The notes: generated from the letters alone by a model not told the origin. Positions 27,900-36,360 are shown, counted from the first letter of the stretch. The stretch is 57,128 nucleotides of DNA from Pirellulales bacterium (GCA_016933425.1 JAFGAY010000350.1:1-57128); one strand, 5' to 3'. Made by a program: numbers and translations.

Positions 27900-29015
27900 T
27901 CATTCTCGCGCCATGCGCCGCAGCGCCTCGACGCCTCGCTCGATAACGGCGTCGGGCGCCGCGTAGGAAATCCGGAAATGCGTGTCGCGCCGGCTGAAAA
28001 CGTTGCCGGGAATAATCAACAGCTTGTGCTCGTTGATGGCCCGTTCGACGAACTGCGTGCCGGTTCCCCAGGGCGCCTTGGGAAAGGCGTAAAACGCGCC
28101 TTGCGGCGCGGTCAGTTCGTAGCAGTCCGCGAGTCCCTGGACCACCAGGTCTCGCTTGCGGCGATAAGCGGCAATTTGCGGGGCATTGTCCAGGTCCATG
28201 GCCGCGGCGGCCGCCCATTGGAACGGGTGGGGCGCGCAGACAAAGCTGTATTGCTGCAACTTGGTCATTTCGTGGATAAGCGCCGCGGGCCCATGGGCAA
28301 ATCCGACCCGCCAACCCGGCATAGCGTGGCTCTTGCTGAATCCGTCGATCACGAGCGTTCGCGGATTGAATCGGGCCGGCGAGACAAACGATCCGTCGTA
28401 GCAATAGTCGCGATAAATTTCGTCGCTCACCAGAAGAATGTCGCGCTGGTCGGCTAATTCGGCCAGCGCACGAACACTCGCTTCGTCGGCCACCGCGCCG
28501 GTCGGATTGGCCGGACTGTTCAGCAAAATCAGCTTGGTCCGCGGCGTGACGGCCGTCGCGACCCGATCGACGTCGATCCGAAAGTCGGGATACGTGTCGA
28601 CGTGAACTACCCGAGCGCCGACCACTCGGGCCAGCGCGTCGTACATGACAAAGTAGGGATCGAAGACGATGACCTCGTCGCCCGGGTTCACCGTCATCAT
28701 CAGCGCCAGAAACAGCCCGCCGCTCGTGCCGCTGGTGACCAGGACGCGGCGGTCGTCGTGGCCCAAGTCGGCGTCGACCCGGGTCTGGAGCTTGTCGTGC
28801 AGCACGGCCGCGCCCTGGGTAACCGAATAGCCGTTGTAGCCCTGGTCGATGGCGTCGATCGCCGCCTGCCGCACCGGCTCGGGCACCTCGAAATCGGGCT
28901 GGCCGATTGACAGATTGATCGGATCGACGAGTTTTGCCCCCAGGTCGAACACCCGGCGAATACCCGACGCATCAAAACACCTGGCCCGTTCGGCGATCCA
29001 ACGATCAATCATCAT
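27900..29015 (-). CDS. class I/II PLP-dependent aminotransferase
   Basis: NLSIGQPDF, LNSPANPTG, and GFSKSHAMPGWRVGF (Schiff-base Lys). Confidence 0.85.
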   Translation of the reverse strand: MMIDRWIAERARCFDASGIRRVFDLGAKLVDPINLSIGQPDFEVPEPVRQAAIDAIDQGYNGYSVTQGAAVLHDKLQTRVDADLGHDDRRVLVTSGTSGGLFLALMMTVNPGDEVIVFDPYFVMYDALARVVGARVVHVDTYPDFRIDVDRVATAVTPRTKLILLNSPANPTGAVADEASVRALAELADQRDILLVSDEIYRDYCYDGSFVSPARFNPRTLVIDGFSKSHAMPGWRVGFAHGPAALIHEMTKLQQYSFVCAPHPFQWAAAAAMDLDNAPQIAAYRRKRDLVVQGLADCYELTAPQGAFYAFPKAPWGTGTQFVERAINEHKLLIIPGNVFSRRDTHFRISYAAPDAVIERGVEALRRMARE

Positions 29016-29071
29016 GAAACGTCAAAAGGAAGAAGTCGGAGGGAGAAAACCAGAAGTCGGCGGTCAAAAGC

Positions 29072-29214
29072 ATTAGTGCGTTCTTCAGATAACTGTAGCG
29101 GGTGTGATGCATATTTCGCCGCCACCGCGGGCTTCCGCCCGCGGCTATTATCCTAGGAAAGACGCTACACGTATCTGAAGACCGTACTAATAGCCGTGGG
29201 CGGGAGCCCACGGT
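29072..29214. repeat. nested palindrome: ~30-bp imperfect inverted arms enclosing a REP-B hairpin, followed by a second REP-B-like hairpin
   Basis: The left arm ATTAGTGCGTTCTTCAGATAACTGTAGCG (29072-29100) pairs with CGCTACACGTATCTGAAGACCGTACTAAT (29163-29191). REP-B is at 29126-29147. CCGTGGGCGGGAGCCCACGG is at 29195-29214. Confidence 0.8.
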
Positions 29215-29261
29215 ATACATCCTTCACATCGGATGTCGATCATACTCTTTGCCGTTCCATT

Positions 29262-30551
29262 CTACTCGGCCTCGACCGACTCGTCGAGAACCTGGGAAAA
29301 CGGGCGGTCGCTTTGGCTCAGCGCCACCAGCAGCAGGCTGAGCGTGACCAGGGCGTCGGCGGCCGCGTGGCCCGATCGCCCGTGCCAGAGCCGGCCGGTG
29401 GGCCCGCCGCCGAGCCGTGCCCGTTCGCGTTCCATGGCCCGGTGCATCTGGGCTCGTCGCCGGCCCGCGCGAACCACGCGGAAGCCGAGCCCGCGCAGGC
29501 CGTGCTCGGTCGCGGCCGACGTTTCCTCTTCGACGACAATGGCCGGTTCGCCGGGCGCGTCCGCCGGGGGTGGGTCGTCCCGATGCAAAAAAACGCGGCG
29601 AGCCACAAACCGCAGGAGCCGATGGTCGGCCACGGCGCGGCCTTGCTCGTCGATCGCCCGGCATCGCTCGCCATTGCCGTCGATTTCAATGCCCAAATGG
29701 GCCTTCTCGCGGACCACCACGTCGGAGGCCGTCGCCCTGGGATCGTGGAAAAACCGGCATTCCAGCGATTTGCTCAACCGTTGGACATGCTCGACCAGCG
29801 GCCGGCAAGGCGTGTCGAGCACGACGCGCAACGGGCGCAATCCGTGATAGTAGCCGGAAAGCGATTCGAGATAATCGTTCTCGAACGATCTCCGGTCGAG
29901 CGAACCGAACGCGCGCGTCGGCCGGTCGATTGGGCCATGGAAAAGCGATTCCAAACGATCGAGCGAGGGTGCCTGCGTCGCGGCGTCGGCGGCGCCCAGC
30001 GGCGTTTCCTTGTTCCAAAATCGCAGGCCGCCCTCGTGCGACCGGCGGCCGGGATTGCCGACGAGCATTGCGCCGTCGGTTTTCGATTGGCACAGGGCAA
30101 ACGCCAGGCATCCGCTCGTGGCTGCTCCCACGTCGACGACGTTGCAGCCCGCCCAACGCAGCCCCGCGGCGGCGGCGGCAACCAAGGGCGCGCTCAGACG
30201 CCGGCCGTCGCCCGCCAGAAGCACGGTCGGCCAGCAACCTTCTTCGCCGTGTTCACGAAGCAACAAGCCAAAAGCCGCGCCGGCCCGGCGCGCCGCGTCC
30301 GGCGAAAGTTCATTCAAAAGCGCGCCGCCGATGCCTTCGCCGTCGAACAGGGCAGGGGAGGGTGCCGCCGCGTGAACCTCGGCAATTTGCTCGGCCAGCT
30401 TGTCGGAGAACCCAGCCAAGTCGGTCCGGTGAACGCACCCGCGGCACTTCGGATAAAACGCCGCCAGCCGCGCCCGATGCACCGAACGACTAATCGCCCC
30501 CGGCTCGCCCGGGCAGCAAAATTCATCGGCGGCTGAGTTCCGGTCGTTCAT
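29262..30551 (-). CDS. phosphoglucomutase/phosphomannomutase-family protein, divergent (degenerate catalytic motifs)
   Basis: Domain I layout VLLAGDGRRLSAPLVAAAAAGLRWAGCNVVDVGAATSGCLAFAL...DGAMLVGNPGRRSHEGGLRFW stands where TASHNP..NG.K is expected. The metal loop is DGNGER instead of DGDGDR. N-terminal Cys pairs (CCPGEP...CRGC). Confidence 0.6.
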   Translation of the reverse strand: MNDRNSAADEFCCPGEPGAISRSVHRARLAAFYPKCRGCVHRTDLAGFSDKLAEQIAEVHAAAPSPALFDGEGIGGALLNELSPDAARRAGAAFGLLLREHGEEGCWPTVLLAGDGRRLSAPLVAAAAAGLRWAGCNVVDVGAATSGCLAFALCQSKTDGAMLVGNPGRRSHEGGLRFWNKETPLGAADAATQAPSLDRLESLFHGPIDRPTRAFGSLDRRSFENDYLESLSGYYHGLRPLRVVLDTPCRPLVEHVQRLSKSLECRFFHDPRATASDVVVREKAHLGIEIDGNGERCRAIDEQGRAVADHRLLRFVARRVFLHRDDPPPADAPGEPAIVVEEETSAATEHGLRGLGFRVVRAGRRRAQMHRAMERERARLGGGPTGRLWHGRSGHAAADALVTLSLLLVALSQSDRPFSQVLDESVEAE

Positions 30552-30557
30552 TGGCGG

Positions 30558-31925
30558 TTAACTCGTTTCCTGATTCCGCCGGAGTAAATCCAACGTCTCT
30601 TCAATCTGCTCGTGCCACTGCTGCAACACGGACGCACTGAGTCTCTCATCAAGTGATTCGGTCAATAATCGCCCGATGGGATTGTCGATTGCTAAAAGTT
30701 GCTTACGTGCATTATTGATTTCATCCTCGGTTGGCGGCAGGGGCAGCTCTTGCTCGAGCGTTTGTTCACACAGGTCGCATAGCTCCAAACACTTCGCACG
30801 ATTCCGCCGTACTAGCGGACTGTCTCCCAGGTAGTCGATCGGAAATTCCGGGTGCAACTGCCGCGGCCAAATTTCGGAAACCACCAAATCTGCGAATTCG
30901 AGGCTATCTACGTCTGCCTGTCGTATCGAGTTGATCCAGTCCAGCATTCGGGCGCCCATGAGCCGGGCCGTGGCCTTCTTATCGAAGGGGCAGGGGTGGT
31001 CATCAAGCAGATCGTGCAGTGCCTGACGGCGCCACTGGACTCGTTTCTCCAAATCGGCGGTCACTTCCGCATCTTCCTCTTCGGACACGAAATCTTCATA
31101 GTCTTCTGTTTTACACAAAGGCGGCATTAACGAGATGTCAGAGTAATAATGACGCAATAGCTCGTCGACCAAGGATTTGGAATCGGCGCCATCGGGCATT
31201 AGGTCGAGACGGTTGAGCGTATAATGACAGAAATCAATGCCAATACAACGAACAAGATCCTCCGGGGTCGGCGCATACTGCTCAATGAACTCGATCAGAT
31301 CGGCTGTGGCTTTTTTCGAGAGAGAGCCTTCCTGTGCGAGACGCCTTATTTCTGACAGTGCCTTTATATGGAAACCATGAGCAATGATGAAATGCACGAC
31401 TTGGCTATCGCTCGCCGCGATGATCTTTCCCATATGCAACAAGTTCACAAGGTGATTGACCATGGCCGTGAAGTCGTTTTTGGCTCGATCGAGTTTCAGT
31501 CGAAAATACAACGAATTGCACACTTTCTCCCCCATTATCCACATTATGACATCATCCGCCTCGATGAGACTCTTGTCGCCGCTTGTCGTGGCTTCGAACG
31601 CATCGTCGGGAAATCGAAATGCACCCCGGTGAATTCCCTCGTCCATGAGTTCAAGGACACGCTTGTTCCGTTCGATCAGATCGGCAACACAGGCTCGCTC
31701 CTGGTCGGTTTCGATGTCGACAGGCTTCGGATCCGTCGGGTCATCCCCGGGATCGCCCCAGCGGAGCCGCATGAGCAAGTCGTGATCGGTTGTATGAATG
31801 TCGGGCATCCAGGCGAGGTTCTTCGCATCATGCCACGGAAACCAGGCGTTCTGTTCGTCCGACAGAGGCCTGCGATGAAAGATCACTTCCGGTGAAACAT
31901 GCTCAATCAGACGCGAGATGGCCAT
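30558..31925 (-). CDS. hypothetical protein (455 aa), acidic all-helical, low-GC gene
   Basis: ATG 31925 within track ORF 30558..32330 (MAISRLIEHVSPE...). This start overlaps the stop of the upstream ICMT gene (TAATG). Normal protein-like composition. I recognise no family. Confidence 0.65.
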   Translation of the reverse strand: MAISRLIEHVSPEVIFHRRPLSDEQNAWFPWHDAKNLAWMPDIHTTDHDLLMRLRWGDPGDDPTDPKPVDIETDQERACVADLIERNKRVLELMDEGIHRGAFRFPDDAFEATTSGDKSLIEADDVIMWIMGEKVCNSLYFRLKLDRAKNDFTAMVNHLVNLLHMGKIIAASDSQVVHFIIAHGFHIKALSEIRRLAQEGSLSKKATADLIEFIEQYAPTPEDLVRCIGIDFCHYTLNRLDLMPDGADSKSLVDELLRHYYSDISLMPPLCKTEDYEDFVSEEEDAEVTADLEKRVQWRRQALHDLLDDHPCPFDKKATARLMGARMLDWINSIRQADVDSLEFADLVVSEIWPRQLHPEFPIDYLGDSPLVRRNRAKCLELCDLCEQTLEQELPLPPTEDEINNARKQLLAIDNPIGRLLTESLDERLSASVLQQWHEQIEETLDLLRRNQETS

Positions 31926-32410
31926 TAGTTCCGTTCCTTTCCACACCAGGGTGTCGTCGGAAAAATCGCGTTGGTCCGGCGTCGATAGTCGATGTAGTCC
32001 TGGCCGAAACGTTTTTCGAGGTACGTTTCCTCGCGGCGGATGCGCAGTCGCACCAGGACATACAATATCAACGAGGCGGCCAGCATCGGCCACGAGCGGC
32101 ACATGAGGGCGATGCCCGGCGCGATGGTGAAGATGACGTTGGCATAAAGCGGATTGCGGCAGATTGCATAGGGGCCGGTCGTCACGAGCCGATCCTGGCA
32201 ATAGGCTTTGGCGAGCGCCAGGCTCGCGGCGGCCTGGAGCGCCAGACCGAGCAACAACAAGGCCGAACCGGCTGCCAGCAGGGCAGGGTAGGGGACCCAC
32301 GGAATCGCAAACCACCGGGGCCAGGCCCACGTCGCCGCGCCGGCCGCGACGTCGTACAGAACGACGGGCGTCATGATCCTTGGCCCGATGCCCCAGATCG
32401 ACATTTTCAT
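31925..32410 (-). CDS. isoprenylcysteine carboxyl methyltransferase (ICMT/PEMT) family membrane protein
   Basis: ATG 32410 within track ORF 31925..32659 (MKMSIWGIG). RNPLYANVIFTIAPGIAL...RIRREETYLEKRFGQDYIDYRRRTNAIFP is the ICMT-family C-terminal signature. Confidence 0.75.
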   Translation of the reverse strand: MKMSIWGIGPRIMTPVVLYDVAAGAATWAWPRWFAIPWVPYPALLAAGSALLLLGLALQAAASLALAKAYCQDRLVTTGPYAICRNPLYANVIFTIAPGIALMCRSWPMLAASLILYVLVRLRIRREETYLEKRFGQDYIDYRRRTNAIFPTTPWCGKERN

Positions 32411-32562
32411 TGCTTGCCGGCTGCCCATGGAAATGGTTTCCGGTGGCGGTCGCGTGACGTGGCCCGACGCGGCGTTATTGTAGTCGTTTTGCCGCCGGCG
32501 GACAACGCGGCGCGGCAACAAGGGTGCGGAAAGGATATAGGGTAGTGCCCGAGAAGATGCAG

Positions 32563-32629
32563 ATGGAGGGCCACGCTCCGTCGTGGCCGCACATGACGGC
32601 CACGGCCACGACGGAGCGTGGCCCTCCAT
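32563..32629. repeat. REP-C perfect 26-bp inverted repeat with a 15-nt spacer
   Basis: ATGGAGGGCCACGCTCCGTCGTGGCC (32563-32588) and GGCCACGACGGAGCGTGGCCCTCCAT (32604-32629) are exact reverse complements. Confidence 0.9.
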
Positions 32630-32663
32630 TAGTGCGTGCGTTGTCGCGGCCCGGCCCATGGTT

Positions 32664-33863
32664 CTATCGAACGCGGCAGCGGAACCGGACGATACCCCCT
32701 TCGCCGACCGGCAGCGGATCGGTGATTTCCCAGCGGAGCACGTCGGAGCCGGCTTCGTTCGGTTGGGCGGAGAATTGGGCCGGCAGGCTGCTCTGCGCGC
32801 TGTCGGCCGCGTATTCCAACCGCGTCGTCAAGCTGTCGACGATCGTAACGTTGCCGATCGGCTGGTTGCCCACGTTGTCGAAACGGAGCGTGAAGTCGAC
32901 GGTGTCGCCCGGCTCGGCGAATCGGGTCGAGGCGACCTTGACGATGCGCAGCCGGGGGCAGGCCGGCGGCTGGTCGACCGCGTAGACGGCCGTGGCGTTC
33001 TGGTCGCGGACGTCCTCGGCGGCCGATTGTCGGTCGAGTATGATCTGGACCGATTCGGTGTCGGTCCAGATGATGGCCGCCGCGATGCCCTCGGCCAACC
33101 GCGCGCGTTCCGAGGCGAGGAACGTCCCTTCGCGGATGATCTTCAGGTTTTCGTACGGCTGGAACGCATCCTGGAACGCGTCGAGTTTCTGGACGTTTGA
33201 CAGCGCGCCATCGCCCAGCTTCGTCCGATAGATGACCGGCGGCTGCGTCGAATTCTGGCGGACCGGTTCGATTTGCTGCTTGCTGCTGGCGACCATTTGC
33301 AACTCGTCGCATCGGACGGCTTGCATCGGCTGGCCGACGCCGCCCGGCTGGGCGATCTGCTCGCCTTGGACCATGCTGACGACCTGGCGGACCGAACCGA
33401 AGCGCGGCGCGTACAGACACACGCGGTTCGACCGTTCGACCAGCGTCCGTCCGTCGAGCGTGTCGAAATGGGCGACCGTGTCTTCCGAATCGAGCCCTCG
33501 CATTTGCCAATCGGCCGCCACGCCGACCGGCACGTCGCGGTCGCCGCCGTCGCAGAGATATTCATCCTCGGGCCACGGTCCCGCGATGCCCGGCGGCGTC
33601 CAGGGAGCGGCCAGCGCGTAGGGCAGGGGAGTGCCCAGGTCGATTCCCTCGCACGGACATGCCGTCGCCGCGCCGTCCTCGGGACATCCGGCCGCCGCGG
33701 GCGAGGCCGCGCCGGCGAATGCTTCCGGGGGCAAGCCCGGCGATCCACTCGGCGCCGGCGCCCGGCACGAGCAGAGGATCAACGTGCACAACACGACCAG
33801 CCCCCATCGCCAGAAGCGAGGCATCGACGCGCAAAACGTCGTGTTATCGCCGTCGGTTTTCAT
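32664..33863 (-). CDS. exported lipoprotein-like protein with C-terminal DUF11-type repeat
   Basis: ATG 33863 within track ORF 32664..34634. LVVLCTLILCSC lipobox-like segment. C-terminus VASTRFAEPGDTVDFTLRFDNVGNQPIGNVTIVDSLTTRLEY. Confidence 0.7.
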   Translation of the reverse strand: MKTDGDNTTFCASMPRFWRWGLVVLCTLILCSCRAPAPSGSPGLPPEAFAGAASPAAAGCPEDGAATACPCEGIDLGTPLPYALAAPWTPPGIAGPWPEDEYLCDGGDRDVPVGVAADWQMRGLDSEDTVAHFDTLDGRTLVERSNRVCLYAPRFGSVRQVVSMVQGEQIAQPGGVGQPMQAVRCDELQMVASSKQQIEPVRQNSTQPPVIYRTKLGDGALSNVQKLDAFQDAFQPYENLKIIREGTFLASERARLAEGIAAAIIWTDTESVQIILDRQSAAEDVRDQNATAVYAVDQPPACPRLRIVKVASTRFAEPGDTVDFTLRFDNVGNQPIGNVTIVDSLTTRLEYAADSAQSSLPAQFSAQPNEAGSDVLRWEITDPLPVGEGGIVRFRCRVR

Positions 33864-34675
33864 ACTTGCTCCTGCCGGCTGCCTGGTTGGCGGTTGGCGG
33901 CCGATCGTCCTTTTTGGGGCGGGGCGGGCAATCGGCGGACCGGCGCCGGATAACACTGCACCGGCGGCGAGCCGAAATAGAAACCCTCGTCCACCGCGCC
34001 GCCGACGTCGGGCACGCGCCCGCCCAGGCGAAGAATCGCCACGGGCCGCCCCGCTTCGTCGGCCGCCGCCAGCGGATCCTGTCCCGGCGCGACGTCGAAT
34101 CCGCCCTGGCGTCCGCCGTTTTGGGCGACGGGCACTGCCCGGGTCGGATCTTCGAGGTAAATCACGCGCGTGACGAACTTGCCCGAGGCCGCCAAGCGCA
34201 GGTCTTCCTCGGTCAGTTCGATGGGGATCGGAAAATGCCGTTCCTGGCCGTTGGGTGTGTAGAGCCGGTCGATGATCTCGATGGTCGGAAAGACCTCGAC
34301 GCCCTCGGCCAGCGGGATCCGCGTAACGCGGATTCGATAGACATGCCCCACGAGCATACCGACGCGCACGGGGGCGTCGGCCGGCTCGGCGAATTGATTT
34401 CCGACAGCCAGCGAGATCTCGGCCCCCGCGGGAGCTTTGATCTCGACCGGCTGAAAGAAACCGCGCAATGGTCCGCCCCGCTGGAGTTGCACACTGCCAA
34501 TCGCTCCCGGTGGCATCACACCCTGGTGCAGGTAGTGGACCTCGTTCTGGCCGGCCGACAAGCGGCACGTGCAGCACAGCAAGAGGACCGCTACCCTCAC
34601 GGTCGAATCGGCAACTCGGACCCAGGCACGCCAATCACTCGTCGCGCGGCAGCGGGGTTCTTGGACCATTGTCAC
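33860..34675 (-). CDS. exported hypothetical protein, paralogue of the 34830..36059 product
   Basis: Hydrophobic N-terminus VRVAVLLLCCTC. Shares the module YRIRVTRIP...GVEVFPTIEI...IPIELTEEDL...GKFVTRVIYLEDP...AILRLGG with the upstream gene. Its stop overlaps the next start (ATGA). Confidence 0.65.
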   Translation of the reverse strand: MTMVQEPRCRATSDWRAWVRVADSTVRVAVLLLCCTCRLSAGQNEVHYLHQGVMPPGAIGSVQLQRGGPLRGFFQPVEIKAPAGAEISLAVGNQFAEPADAPVRVGMLVGHVYRIRVTRIPLAEGVEVFPTIEIIDRLYTPNGQERHFPIPIELTEEDLRLAASGKFVTRVIYLEDPTRAVPVAQNGGRQGGFDVAPGQDPLAAADEAGRPVAILRLGGRVPDVGGAVDEGFYFGSPPVQCYPAPVRRLPAPPQKGRSAANRQPGSRQEQV

Positions 34676-34829
34676 GGATCACGTGGTTTGGGAAAAGCAA
34701 ACGTTGGTTTCAAAAGTCGGGTGGGCCCTGTCCGGGGGCCCACCCTTGCTTCTTCTCGCGTTGTTCCGTCGAATCGCATGTTCGCCGCGGGCCGCGTCGT
34801 CGCGCGATTTTCCGCGGCGGTGAAACGTC

Positions 34830-36059
34830 CTATTGACCCGCTTCCGGGTTGTAGTAGCACGAGCCGTCGTCGCACGGCATTCCGCCGCATCGTCCGTCGA
34901 ACGACGTTCCCTCGCACGGAATTTCTTCGCACTCGCCGTCGCAGGGAACGCCCTGACAACCCGGCTGGATGCACTCGCACCTGTCCGACAGCGGTTGATG
35001 GAACATGCCCAATCCGCCGCGCGTGCATTCCTCGATCTTGATATGGTTGACCGGCTTCGGATAGCTGAGGCCGGGCTTCTGCTTGACGTCGATCTTCATC
35101 GTGCTGACGGGATTCGGCATGTGAACTTTCGTATGGTTCTTGATCACGTGCTTGCGCAGCCCGGCCGGTATGCCCAGCGGAACGTGGGGTGGTCCGGGAA
35201 GCCCGATCGGCGTGCCGCACATCGGCATGCCGTACTGCGGGCCCGTTACGCCCGAGATGTAGTTCATCGGGACCGTGCTGGCGCCGCCGGTGGCCATGGG
35301 CATGGGTCCGCCGGGCACGCCATTGCACTCGCAGGGAGCGTTGTACGAAACGGGCATCACGTTGCCCGGATCAACTCCCTCGCCCGGCATTTCGAGGTCC
35401 TTATTGCCCAGCCGGACGATCGCCATGATCGATCCGCGACGGTCGGCCTCGACGATCGGGTCCATGCCCGGGTCGAGCCGCGTGCTGACCAGCGTTTCGA
35501 CGCCAGCCAGGGCCATTTCCTGGAATTCGGGATCAGGCAGGTAAATCACCTTGGTGACAAAATTGCCGCTTTGCACCTGGTCCAAATCTTCCTCGGTGAA
35601 TTGGACGGGAATCGCATTGTGGGCCAAAAACGCCATGGTTCGCGGCATGGCCGGAGCGATTTCCAGCGTCGGATACAATTCCATGCCCGGCCGGCCCGGC
35701 ACGTTGGTCAGCTTAAGCCGATAGATGGCCCCTTGGCCGAAGTTGTATCGACCCGGGCAAACCAGCGGCGTCGAATCGAACTGGCCCGGCATCGACACGT
35801 CCCAGGTCACGGCCATTCCATCGGGCCCGACGAAGGCCACTTGCGATGGCAAGTTGCCGCCGGCCGGTTCACACGGCTGATAGGCGAGCACTCCCGGTCC
35901 CGGACCATCCACGCCCGGCCCAGGGTGCATGAGCATCTCGGCGGGCGGCAGCGTGTTCTGGCCCACCAACGCTCCGGCCGGCGGTACGACGGTGTTGTAA
36001 GGCCCTTTGCAGCCCACCAACGCCACCATAATCATCAACATGGTCACTACATACTTCAT
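34830..36059 (-). CDS. lipoprotein of unknown function with Cys-rich C-terminal tail
   Basis: ATG 36059 within ORF 34830..36122 (MKYVVTMLMIMVALVGC lipobox). Module YRLKLTNVP...GMELYPTLEI...IPVQFTEEDL...GNFVTKVIYLPDP...AIVRLGN. The last ~66 residues contain 13 Cys. Confidence 0.7.
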   Translation of the reverse strand: MKYVVTMLMIMVALVGCKGPYNTVVPPAGALVGQNTLPPAEMLMHPGPGVDGPGPGVLAYQPCEPAGGNLPSQVAFVGPDGMAVTWDVSMPGQFDSTPLVCPGRYNFGQGAIYRLKLTNVPGRPGMELYPTLEIAPAMPRTMAFLAHNAIPVQFTEEDLDQVQSGNFVTKVIYLPDPEFQEMALAGVETLVSTRLDPGMDPIVEADRRGSIMAIVRLGNKDLEMPGEGVDPGNVMPVSYNAPCECNGVPGGPMPMATGGASTVPMNYISGVTGPQYGMPMCGTPIGLPGPPHVPLGIPAGLRKHVIKNHTKVHMPNPVSTMKIDVKQKPGLSYPKPVNHIKIEECTRGGLGMFHQPLSDRCECIQPGCQGVPCDGECEEIPCEGTSFDGRCGGMPCDDGSCYYNPEAGQ

Positions 36060-36360
36060 GGGTATCCCCCCTCTAATGGCCCGCTGGATTGGCCGATCGA
36101 CGAATCGACCCCCGGCGGGCATTTGTGTGGTTCATCGGTCGCACCACCAGAACAAACGACGGCGCCGGCGACCCGTAAACCTCGCCTCGCGGTCGGAGCC
36201 GCAGAGCCAGGCGATTGACGTAGACCCTTTTTGGGCCACGCCTTACAATGTCGCATCGGAGCATCGATCGCCGCACGTCGTGGTGGCGCTCTCCCAACGG
36301 GTAACCGACCCGCTGGAGCCGCGCAATCGCCCTCCGAGGTCTATTGGTCGGCCTAATACA

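Noticed and set aside
26773-30536. Long antisense ORFs 26773..28404, 29196..30536 and 29417..30493
   Set aside because: They overlap the flavoprotein, aminotransferase and PMM-like genes on the opposite strand and have an Arg-rich composition.
31925-34634. Upstream extensions of track ORFs 31925..32659 and 32664..34634
   Set aside because: The extensions run through the REP-C palindrome or overlap the upstream paralogue gene out of frame, and they are Arg/Pro-rich. Internal ATGs (32410 and 33863) followed by hydrophobic N-termini give coherent proteins.
33659-36218. Plus-strand ORFs 33659..35041 (460 aa) and 34833..36218 (461 aa) opposite the exported-protein cluster
   Set aside because: The minus-strand frames have signal peptides, a DUF11 repeat and a clear paralogous relationship to each other. 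The plus frames are Arg/His/Gly-rich shadows.
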